DNA from: Fimbriosthenelais zetlandica
Taxonomy: Eukaryota
Direction of reading: 5' to 3'
Length of the DNA: 64,000 nucleotides
NCBI GenBank assembly: GCA_977030845.1
Contig: OZ365111.1
Location: 43,090,001 to 43,154,000, forward strand
Part shown: one piece after another, positions 45,301-52,160 of the stretch
How positions within the stretch are numbered: the stretch's first letter is position 1
Layout of the letters: the number at the start of each line of letters is the position of its first letter
The notes under the pieces: generated by a model
What the model was told of the DNA's origin: nothing
What the model saw: the letters and a program-made list of their open reading frames with translations, nothing else
Databases searched by the model: none
Made by a program: the position numbers and the translations under genes

Positions 45301-48300
45301 GAAAAGGAAAATATATTTAATATCAATTCATAATTTAAAACTTTTAAAAACTACCGAATGTATCAGCTGAATGTGTCTGGTCAGTAGAATAATCAACCTC
45401 CGTGGTTGGGGAGGTTCTGGAAATATTACCATTTGGTTTACTACCTCTAACGGCTGTTCTCGTTGGCCCAGTGGTCAAGGGCGCTGGTAGTCTGATGTAA
45501 GTTTTAACAGACTCGTGGGTTCGAATCCCCACAACAGCCATGGTAGTGGTCCCGTCTGTAAGTTTCAAGTGAAAGACTGGTGAAGTCTCCCACGTTCTGA
45601 TCATAGCTTGATTTGCGTGGGCCCGCGTTCAATCCGTAAAGGTGGAACACTTGCACTGATCATATGTGTGTACGGCCATGGAGCAATTCGCCACAGTGAT
45701 CAGTTGGTTATCAAGTGTGTAGCCTTGCCAGGGTTGATATGCCAGGGTGAATGGATCCGGTTGACTAAGACTAACTCACCAAAAAAAAAATTTATTTATA
45801 TTTTAAACTTAAATTTTGTTTGGAGGGTGTAAGATGACAGATGGGAAATAGTGGTAGAAATATTTAATAACGCTACGAATGGGGTGATGGGTATTGGAAA
45901 TTACTGAGGTGAGTGTGTGTGTGGTGGGGGCAGGTATGTAGGTATGGAAATATTTTTTATGAAACATGCCCCAAACACAGAAAGAGATATGGTGATGGTG
46001 CAAGTGATAGTTGTAGTTAAAATGTCCCCAAAAGGGTGACAGATAATATTCTGAAATATTTTATGAAAATTGCCCCAAATAAGAGTATGCGAGAAATTAG
46101 TAAATTATTGAAAATATTTTATGAAACAAACCCCAATTAGAAAGGAGATGATGAGGTTCGGAGGGGATGAGACACAGGGTTAGGGACAGAGGGGAGAGAT
46201 GGCTGGAGGAAAGGGAAATGGTGTGCTCGGGAGAATATAAGAGACAGTGGAGAACATGGGGGATGGGAGAGATGGTATAGGAGAAGGTATAAGGGAGGGT
46301 GAGGGTGGTATAGTGAATGGGACAGTGGCTAAGTAAGACAGGGTGACTGGGAGAACTCAGAGAAGGGCATGAGAGAATTCAAAGAGGAGATTATTATAGG
46401 AATGATTGGAAGCAGGAGGAAAAGGATGGAGATGGTGAGTCCCCTGTTAGAAATTTTACATAGTGATGGAAATGAAATGTGTTTAATAGTAGCACATGCT
46501 TGTACTTGCCCAAGCACTAAAACTAATGTAGTGATCAATGATGAAGTTTGCTAGCCTCCATCCAACAATATGTCACCCGTTTTCATTAAATGAGTTTAAA
46601 GTCGTAAAGGTGAGATATAAGTGGCTTGTACACAGTGCTTTCAGGCCAATAGCATCGAATGGCCCTGTGCGACTTTAGACTCGCTTACAGAAAACACCTC
46701 AAAAATGCAAGAAGCAAAGGAGCTGATTTGGCTGGACGGACCTCCCCTCGCTGACCAACCGTCAAAAGCCTTGCGAATTTTGCCTGTTTTGTAACGAGAA
46801 AGGTATCAAACACCTACCGACTGTAAAGCTAGGGACCTAGGGTAAGGCTAGCCAAAAGGCGGTCTCAAGGTTCTTGCAAGGGAGAGACCTGGGATCTGGT
46901 AGACTATAGTTCTTCCAGAACGAGAAGTTAACTTCTCATTCTGGAAGTAATAATAGGAAATAGAACATTTTGGCAAAAGTGACATGGAAAAACTGATGAA
47001 GCAATAAGTTGAATATATCTGAGAAAAAATGGTAGCGGCTTGGTGTTCCCTGGTCTTTTTACTTCCTCCTATTTCCCCTCCCACACGTATACTCATTCTA
47101 TGTATATGAATAGAGAAAGACGAGTTAGACCTGCTGTTTTATATATATAGACCTTCAAGGCGGCTGATGACACGTGTCTGTCTCTTCCATCACTGCAACC
47201 AGCAATACAGCCTAGACCGAGAAAAAGATATATGAGTGCATAATAATATTTCATCAACTATAGTCAAAGCATGGAAGTTTGAGATCCAGTTGTTCACATT
47301 TCGGTAGTAAGACACATTTTGACATTCATATTCCCAAGAAAATAGAAATGGAATAGAATTGAAATACTAAAAGTAAAATATTATACTGGGTAGACCTATA
47401 CAATGCGTATATACATATGCAATGAATTTAGAGTAATTTGGAATAGATTGCCGGGTCGGGAGGACATTCTGAAGTGGTCCTTTTTAACAGCTTGCCTAGA
47501 TAATTTCTTATTCTTTTAGCCTTTGAACAATGAACTAAATATGATTTACCATGTCTGTTATATGGGGGATTATCTGTACTGCTATTGCTGTAATTGATGT
47601 AGAAACACCAGAAAGTATAAAGAGTCTGAGCGCTGGTCGACCTGTCCGGCTACTTGGGTGGGGGGGGGGGGGTGTGATTGGCCTCTCAACCTGTGAAAGC
47701 CGTTTTGTAGATAGTGAGAGTTTCAGGAAGTTTGGGTGGGGTAAGGTAGTCGGGGGTGGCCAATTTGATTGTTAGTAAGGTCAGTTAGGGCTGGTGGTTG
47801 TTGGGGTGGGGGGGGGGGGGGCAGGGTGATTGTTCTGTGAAAGCTAGGATGGGGTTATAGGCTTGTTGTGTAGGGTGGGGGGGGGGCTGGCTCGATTGGT
47901 TTGTGAAAGCTAGTGTTGTTATAGTCATGCTGGGAGGTTTAGTGTGGGGGTTGTTGATTTGGGTTGGGTTGGGCTTCGGTAGAGTGTGGGTTTTGATTGG
48001 GTATATGGTACAAACGTAGTAGGGACATTGGATGGGAGGCTTGTTCGGGGCCGGTTTGTAGCCAAGGTAAGGTGAAGCGAGGTAAGCACTGACTAACTGA
48101 AGAGCTTGGCTTTTAGCCACTGGAACACAAGCCATCTTGCCCCTCTAGAATCTGTTTTATTTAAGGCCAACTGGTTTTAAATTACGTCACATATAGTGCA
48201 TTTACCCGTCCACACATCTGTACATTTGTCTTAAAAGGTCGGCCGTGTCTCTCACTGTCTGGGGTCAAATTGATGTAAAAGGTCGGTCATGTCTGTCACT

Positions 48301-51300
48301 GTCTTTTGTGAGAGGCATCTAAAAAGGGTAGTTGTGTCGCTTAGGTATTGCTGCCAATCGAGAAGAGCAGTCCATCAAGCCAGAAGCATGTTTCCTAAAT
48401 GTCATATTAAAATGACCCTGGTTGCTGCTACCAGCTCTTGCACAGATGGATTTGGAGTGAAAATAAGAAAACACTGGCAATATAAAATACATTGGCAGTA
48501 TGAAATCAATATTTAGCGATCAAGTAATTTACAGGGATCAACTTGCTGTGCATGACATTGGGCCATTTTCTGCTCCCTGCTTACAAATATATTCATGTAA
48601 TCCATCAATTCAGTGGGCTTCTATGGCACGTCGTGAATAATCAATGATCAAAATATCTTCATTAAAACCCTAAAGTTACTCATGGTACATGCCAATACCG
48701 ATAGACGTAAGAGCTATTTTATGGGTCAGTACTTTAGTTACAATAAAGGATCCATCCATCCAACAATTCATTTATCCATATTCATATATAGGATCTACAT
48801 ATACTTCCATGGTTCATCCATCCATCCATCCATCCATCCATCCATCTATCCAACCATTCATCCGTCCATACATCCATCCAACACTTCATGCATCCATAGC
48901 CATACACATTCAATTCATTAAATCATTTCCTTCCATCCATTCATTGATGCATTAGTCCATCCATCCATTAGGCCTAACTCCTCGGTACTCCTCTGTACAA
49001 ATAGACTGGTTGTTATAAGTGTCACATTAGACCAAGTGTAGGCCAATAGACTGTTTGTTATGAGTGTAACATTAGACCAAGAGTAGGCTATAGCCAGTAT
49101 AACCAGCCCTATACTTTTATACCTTGGTAGAGATGGATACTCCGTCTAGACCAAGTGGTATAAGTGGCTTATCGCGCTGTGAGCCACTCATATTTACTGT
49201 GACAAACATTAATGTGGGCCAGCTATACACATCAAGTGTGATTAGATCTGCCTGAGTGGATTAACTAAATATCACTTACTATACTCTACCATTGTCCTAC
49301 ACACCACTGGTCAGTATCACAAGGCTCGAAATAATTTCTTGGGAGCCGAGAGCAATTTTGCTTTTCATTGCCTTTGTTTCAGGGGCAAATTTGATTCGCA
49401 ATTTTGCTCTGCATTAGGTATCGAAAAACGCACATTTTGCATCGCCAATTGCTATGCGATATATACCGCTTATTTCGAGCATTGACTATCAGAATTTGCT
49501 AGAGAATTCCCTTGAATTCTGCATTCGCATTTAAGACAGTATTCCACTGCTGTGATTTTGCTTGCGACGCTACAGCTTGGAACAAAGGTGGTAGGAGTGA
49601 AGGTCTTAAGGTCGTCCTCCACTGGTAGGCCCACATTTCATTGCGATATAAGCATCTTGCAACTTTATTGCAGCAGTGTTGTAATCAAAATCGGAGCAAT
49701 GAAATACCACCTTTAACAGTGCTTAGTTCTGTCCTTAATACTTAATTATTTTGTTAAATTCCGGCCATTGCCATGAAATGTTCCTGTGTTTACAAAATCT
49801 GAGAATTTAGTCATGAAATACATTGATGCAGATTTCAGAGTGCAGCCCATGAATAGTTCAGAGTAGCGTAGAGTAACACTCACATGACTGGCAATCTCTA
49901 TAGGCCCATAAGTAACCGGAGTTCAGTTTTATCTTTTATACTGGAAGTGCAATAGAGAGGAATCAATTCAAATTCAATATGCGTGATATGTTTATGGTCG
50001 GGTCACTTTGGAGAGGCTTCCTCTACATTGGACAGATCGATTTCGCCGCTGAGTACCTACTTTACCTTCAGTTGACACGATCAATCTGGCCAGAGGCTCA
50101 GCCAGAATACTCTGAAATATGTGTTATACAAGGGATGAATATTAAAGACCACAGAATGTAATCATGGTTCACTCTTTTGTGACTGCATATTAAAACGAAA
50201 AATGGGCTGGCTTGAGGCTTGAATGTGTATGGTCGCAGGTTCAATTCCCCATGCTCAACTGGTTCAATTGCTGATTGGGCATTATAAAATATTCACCCAT
50301 TCATTTAGTATAATTATCCTCAATAACTATTTAGCAATCGTCTGTCTATAGTTCACTTTGAACTAAAATCTCGAAAAGACGGGCTACAAAACAGGGGATT
50401 TTACTCCAAAGTTAACTGTCGACAGACTATAGACATGTTCTATTTTGACACCAACTTTGTAACAACTATTCATCCATTGCTACTGCTGAATATATCATGG
50501 GCCTATCAAAGGTGCAATGTCTACAGTAGAGGTAGAAAAACAGGTGTGAAAACACAGGTAGTATAGAGTCTCTGGTCAAACCCCCGTGTATCGATGTAGT
50601 CGGAGTTTTACCCTGGGGTGTAGGTTCAGTAGGTTCGTTTCTGTATCGTACCACGACCAGCTGTAGCAAATTTACTGCAAACTATTACCTGGATATATAT
50701 AGGGTTTGACTCTGTTGCACCTGGTATCTGTTGTGCTCCAATATGTCTACAGTATTGGTTCAATCTATTTTGGTTGAGTAGCTCATGCAGTTGGTGAGAG
50801 CTCCAGCTCATACAGGGACTTGCCAATGACCAAAGGGTCGGTAGTTCAATCTCCGACCAGCTACTGATCAGCTACTGATTTCCGACCAGAGCTCTACTGA
50901 TCTCCGAACAGCTACTGATCAGCTAGGGTCACAGAAGGCAACATTTTTTTTTGTTAAAAAATGAATTTTGAGAGAACCCCGAGCTGTAAATCACACATTT
51001 TTGTTGATGGACCCAGCTCTGAAATGCTAGTAAAGGTCAAGATATTGACAAGTACCCTTACCTAATCTACTATTTACATTGCTGTTTAAGGACACTTCTG
51101 TTATGTTGTCTCGTTTACTCACGATATATTGAGGACATGATAAGTTTATCTTATTAAACAGGCCCAGTAATTTTAGCGATGTTGACACCAACCTATATCT
51201 GGCTGAATGTCAGCCCCGTACACTGGCCCAATTTATATTGAGGTTATTTTTTTATATATATTGTGACAGTACAAAAATAACTGTCACTGACACTATACTA

Positions 51301-51782
51301 TAATTGTGCAATCGATGTCAGTCCTACATTTAATCGAAGTTGAGTAGAGTGGACAGATGCAAAGGTTGTTAACCCCATTAACACCGGGATAATTCAATTA
51401 AGCGACCCTCTCACTCTGGAGCCACAATTACAGTGCTTTCCCCGAATGAGACCGCCTTCAACGCACGACCACTCTCCCCAAAACGGCCATTAATCAATAA
51501 TCAATCAGTCCCACGGGTGCTCCACTGTATATATTATATAAAAAATATACTTTGTCTTACAAGGTGCCTATATCATTGCAACTTTCTTTGATTAAATTTG
51601 TTCAAGACGTGATTTTCCTGGCTAATTTCTTGTTCATGTTTTATATTTTCCAGTCAAACTGTCACTCGTATGGCGGACATAGCAGTCACGTCACCAACGT
51701 GCGTTTCCTGTCAGATGACAGTCGCTTACTGTCAGTAGGAGGCAAAGACACAGCTGTCTTCCAGTGGGAGATAGAGGCCTAA
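152..51782 (+). CDS. EML: Echinoderm microtubule-associated protein-like (EML/EMAP) gene, spliced CDS, probably 5'-partial
   Basis: 20 core exons with canonical GT-AG boundaries join in one frame (2420 nt = 2 + 806 codons including stop). Translation shows the trimerisation coiled coil ([32 protein letters not shown]), the HELP motif ([15 protein letters not shown]), EML-type WD40 repeats ([52 protein letters not shown]) and the terminal [11 protein letters not shown]...VFQW. Paralog cannot be assigned by eye. Confidence 0.97.
1280..1415. mobile_element. Truncated copy of the 14496 MITE family
   Basis: Shares gcataatc...cctgatttc...gaacg...gaatgcattatgctcgc...ctgcaag...tttaaaaacag...gcgagt. 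Confidence 0.6.
2563..2712 (+). CDS. EML: EML exon: trimerisation coiled coil
   Basis: ttgtag acceptor, AG|GTGAGA donor; encodes [50 protein letters not shown]. Confidence 0.93.
2784..2845. mobile_element. MITE family B, left-end fragment
   Basis: ccactgctgcgattttgctt...tgcgacaac. Confidence 0.5.
5631..5678 (+). CDS. EML: EML candidate cassette exon ([16 protein letters not shown])
   Basis: Strong pyrimidine tract (tgttttctcttttcgcccag) and weak CAG|GTCGGC donor; 48 nt, phase 1-1, open in the required frame. Confidence 0.55.
6800..6976. repeat. About 21-bp minisatellite, about 8 copies
   Basis: Unit ttcccataactt(c)accagaa, degenerate. Confidence 0.8.
7018..7171. mobile_element. Tc1/mariner-type MITE (CAGTG termini, TA TSD)
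   Basis: ta-cagtggagtctcacta ... aagtgagactcctctg-ta. Confidence 0.75.
8163..8430 (+). CDS. EML: EML exon: Ser/Pro/basic linker
   Basis: tctctgctgcag acceptor and AAG|GTATGT donor; phase 1 to 2; GC-rich coding island [33 protein letters not shown]...HLSPT. Confidence 0.88.
9964..10032 (+). CDS. EML: EML candidate cassette exon ([23 protein letters not shown])
   Basis: ccctgtttgttttag acceptor and CAG|GTAGGC donor; 69 nt, phase 2-2, open in the required frame. Confidence 0.6.
10261..10441. mobile_element. MITE family B (TIR actgctgcgattttgcttg.gacac)
   Basis: Inverted termini ggtattcgactgctgcgattttgcttgagacac and gtgtcacaagcaaaatcgcagcaatagagtacc; related copies elsewhere in the window. Confidence 0.75.
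13041..13121 (+). repeat. 40-bp hairpin-unit repeat family C, 2 units
   Basis: catgtctcccactatctgtggtgagaggcat unit repeated. Confidence 0.7.
14496..14669. mobile_element. MITE with about 30-bp imperfect TIR and AAT 3-bp TSD (PIF/Harbinger-like)
   Basis: gaggccgttgcataatctagcgagca versus tgctcgatggattatgcaacgcccc; AAT on both flanks. A truncated relative lies at about 1280-1415. Confidence 0.7.
16657..16682 (+). CDS. EML: EML 26-nt microexon (SAKEPTYNA)
   Basis: cttctgtcaacttttcag acceptor and CAG|GTAAGC donor. It supplies the needed phase 2 to 1 change and the KEPxY/F motif that precedes xEG..L/F.RGR in EML proteins. Confidence 0.88.
17362..17510 (+). repeat. Interspersed repeat D, copy 1
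   Basis: Shares attgtgctc...tttgtgagtg...atcgcaa.actcgcaa.gcaaaa...agtggagcta with 23160-23320. Confidence 0.55.
17654..17722 (+). CDS. EML: EML candidate alternative first or cassette exon (ATG at 17695: MSGKVDFNE)
   Basis: GAAG|GTATGT donor in phase 1, compatible with exon 20175. aaaATGt start, in-frame upstream TAA at 17632, possible acceptor ccactctccag at 17653. Confidence 0.5.
17870..18345. repeat. About 475-bp CT-rich polypyrimidine tract ending in (CT)n
   Basis: Almost purine-free on the + strand. Confidence 0.95.
19031..19105 (-). mobile_element. tRNA-derived SINE head
   Basis: Minus strand taactcagttggttagaacacc (A box) ... ggggttcaatccccc (B box). Confidence 0.5.
20175..20301 (+). 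CDS. EML: EML exon: HELP N-terminal part
   Basis: [43 protein letters not shown]; ends at a GTATCCTTT donor. Confidence 0.95.
20302..20612 (+). other. U12-type (minor spliceosome) GT-AG intron
   Basis: 5' site GTATCCTTT, branch motif CCTTGAC at 20596-20602 about 11 nt before the AG, and no polypyrimidine tract. Removal restores EWV-YGYRGRD. Confidence 0.9.
20613..20762 (+). CDS. EML: EML exon: HELP motif and first WD40
   Basis: [49 protein letters not shown]; TG|GTCAGT donor. Confidence 0.95.
21193..21265 (+). CDS. EML: EML WD40 exon
   Basis: [25 protein letters not shown]; accacag acceptor, CGG|GTAAGT donor. Confidence 0.95.
23160..23320 (+). repeat. Interspersed repeat D, copy 2
   Basis: Shares the same motif blocks with 17362-17510. 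Confidence 0.55.
24404..24586. mobile_element. MITE with CAGGGATGCAA TIR
   Basis: cagggatgcaattttccaggca versus tgcctggatttgcatccctg; no TSD visible. Confidence 0.65.
24848..25036. mobile_element. Tc1/mariner-type MITE (CAGTG termini)
   Basis: cagtggattttcacataacgacc ... ggtcgttttagtgaagctccactg-ta. Confidence 0.65.
25982..26083 (+). CDS. EML: EML WD40 exon
   Basis: [34 protein letters not shown]; phase 0-0. Confidence 0.95.
26356..26460 (+). CDS. EML: EML WD40 exon
   Basis: [35 protein letters not shown]; phase 0-0. Confidence 0.95.
26638..26676 (+). repeat. Family C, 1 unit
   Basis: atgtctcccactgtctaaggtgagaggcatgtaaaagag. Confidence 0.65.
26827..26961 (+). CDS. EML: EML WD40 exon
   Basis: [45 protein letters not shown]; phase 0-0. 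Confidence 0.95.
27236..27335 (+). CDS. EML: EML WD40 exon
   Basis: [33 protein letters not shown]; AAG|GTGAGT donor. Confidence 0.95.
29316..29470 (+). CDS. EML: EML WD40 exon
   Basis: [52 protein letters not shown]. Confidence 0.95.
29841..29966 (+). CDS. EML: EML WD40 exon
   Basis: [42 protein letters not shown]; phase 0-0. Confidence 0.95.
30337..30468 (+). CDS. EML: EML WD40 exon
   Basis: [44 protein letters not shown]; phase 0-0. Confidence 0.95.
30975..31035 (+). mobile_element. Degenerate tRNA-like SINE head
   Basis: tagagtgttcgccttgaatgcgggaggtccctggttcaattccc. Confidence 0.4.
31147..31303 (+). CDS. EML: EML WD40 exon
   Basis: [52 protein letters not shown]. Confidence 0.95.
31312..31445. 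repeat. About 41-bp tandem repeat, 3 copies
   Basis: ctcttaaagcgactctatcacctttttaaaaactagttcattct. Confidence 0.8.
31590..31687 (+). CDS. EML: EML WD40 exon
   Basis: [33 protein letters not shown]. Confidence 0.95.
31788..31875 (+). CDS. EML: EML WD40 exon
   Basis: [29 protein letters not shown]. Confidence 0.95.
31911..32319. mobile_element. Tc1/mariner(pogo)-type MITE, 409 bp
   Basis: Perfect 25-bp TIR CCGTACTTGCCGGTGTATAACGCGC, TA on both flanks, internal repeats of CCGGTGTATAACGCGC. Confidence 0.88.
32392..32487 (+). CDS. EML: EML WD40 exon
   Basis: [32 protein letters not shown]; phase 1-1. Confidence 0.95.
32940..33070. repeat. About 28-bp degenerate tandem repeat
   Basis: ttttgaaatgggagcccaaggcc-like units, about 5 copies. 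Confidence 0.6.
33553..33642 (+). repeat. Family C, 2 units
   Basis: gccatgtctccc...gagaggcatgtaaaag repeated. Confidence 0.7.
33799..33929 (+). CDS. EML: EML WD40 exon
   Basis: [44 protein letters not shown]; AAG|GTAAGG donor. Confidence 0.95.
34011..34135 (+). repeat. Family C, 3 units
   Basis: catgtctcccactgtctgtgg...gagaggcatgtaaaagg, three times. Confidence 0.7.
37270..37430. repeat. About 60-bp degenerate tandem repeat, 3 copies
   Basis: catcaggtctta.agt unit heads recur at about 60-bp spacing. Confidence 0.55.
37860..37922. mobile_element. MITE family B, right-end fragment
   Basis: catcacctttgttgcagtagtatcgcaaacaaaatcgcagtagtggag. Confidence 0.55.
38082..38167. repeat. Short foldback hairpin, about 34-bp arms
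   Basis: ctacagtctgtccaaactaaattggaccgaaacc versus ggtttcggtgcaacttagtttggacagactatag. Confidence 0.75.
42731..42937. mobile_element. MITE family B copy inside a larger inverted repeat
   Basis: aaagcctgtactccactgctctgattttgcttgcgacactactgcgacaa ... ttgtcgcagtagtgcgccaagcaaaatcacagcagtggagtacaggcttt. Confidence 0.8.
43086..43292. mobile_element. Tc1/mariner-type MITE (CAGTG termini, TA TSD)
   Basis: ta-cagtg ... ggtcgctttattgagatgg...gaggatccactg-ta; interior resembles the 7018 element. Confidence 0.6.
45012..45088 (-). mobile_element. tRNA-derived SINE head
   Basis: Minus strand gtggcctaaatgtgttaaggtgcc ... catgggttcgaatcccacc. Confidence 0.5.
45172..45252 (-). pseudogene. tRNA-Ser-like pseudogene or SINE head
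   Basis: Minus strand gcagtcagtggccgaatggttaaagagatgaact...gcttcgattcctgcc; acceptor stem does not pair. Confidence 0.5.
45452..45790 (+). mobile_element. tRNA-derived SINE (Leu-like head, A-rich tail)
   Basis: A box tggcccagtggtcaagg, B box gggttcgaatcc, non-tRNA body, and an A-run at about 45782-45790. Confidence 0.7.
48241..48325 (+). repeat. Family C, 2 units
   Basis: gtgtctctcactgtct...gatgtaaaagg / catgtctgtcactgtc...gagaggcatctaaaaagg. Confidence 0.6.
48820..48970. repeat. (CATC)n microsatellite, degenerate
   Basis: catccatccatcc runs. Confidence 0.85.
49539..49707. mobile_element. MITE family B copy, diverged
   Basis: gtattccactgctgtgattttgcttgcgac ... caaaatcggagcaatgaaatac. Confidence 0.65.
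50770..50925 (+). mobile_element. Degenerate tRNA-like head followed by cagctactgat repeats
   Basis: gtagctcatgcagttggtgagagc...ggtagttcaatctcc, then about four cagctactgat units. Confidence 0.4.
51431..51527. mobile_element. Short CAGTG-terminus MITE remnant
   Basis: ta-cagtgct ... gtgctccactg-ta, with internal gaccactctcc. Confidence 0.45.
51654..51782 (+). CDS. EML: EML last coding exon
   Basis: atattttccag acceptor; [42 protein letters not shown] then TAA. Confidence 0.95.
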   Translation, partial: SNCHSYGGHSSHVTNVRFLSDDSRLLSVGGKDTAVFQWEIEA

Positions 51783-51795
51783 ACCTGTAAGTCAT

Positions 51796-52160
51796 GATCC
51801 AGGGGTAGGTTTCATAATCTAGAGGCAGGTTTCATAACAAATAAACGACATTATATTGAAATATGAGGGGTACACATTTGTGAAAGGGCTCGTAGGCTCC
51901 TGGAATGTTCTTGAAACAATTCCTGTACTGGAACATCCTGGGAAAAATGACAAAATCAGCTTTTTTGTAGGCCAAATAAGTAAGAAGTATTCGAATTTTG
52001 GTCCTGGATAACTAAAATGGTGTCCTGGAAAAGTACTCTAATCCTACGAAACCTGTTTATGACACAGTTCCCTGGAACTACTGTAACAGTTATCTAAGTT
52101 ATGGGGAACTTTGTTTTTGGAAAGTTTGCCTCATGTTTTTATAAAATTCTCCCCTGGATC
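51796..52160. mobile_element. MITE just downstream of the EML stop codon
   Basis: gatccaggggtaggtttcataa versus tttataaaattctcccctggatc; the same left terminus recurs at about 53776. Confidence 0.55.

Noticed and set aside
45172-45540. Functional tRNA genes
   Set aside because: The acceptor stem is unpaired in one and there are extra bases and no canonical anticodon arm in the other; treated as SINE heads or pseudogenes.
47785-48135. 116-aa Pro-rich minus-strand ORF with a true ATG
   Set aside because: It derives from G-run low-complexity sequence, with no domain or splice context.
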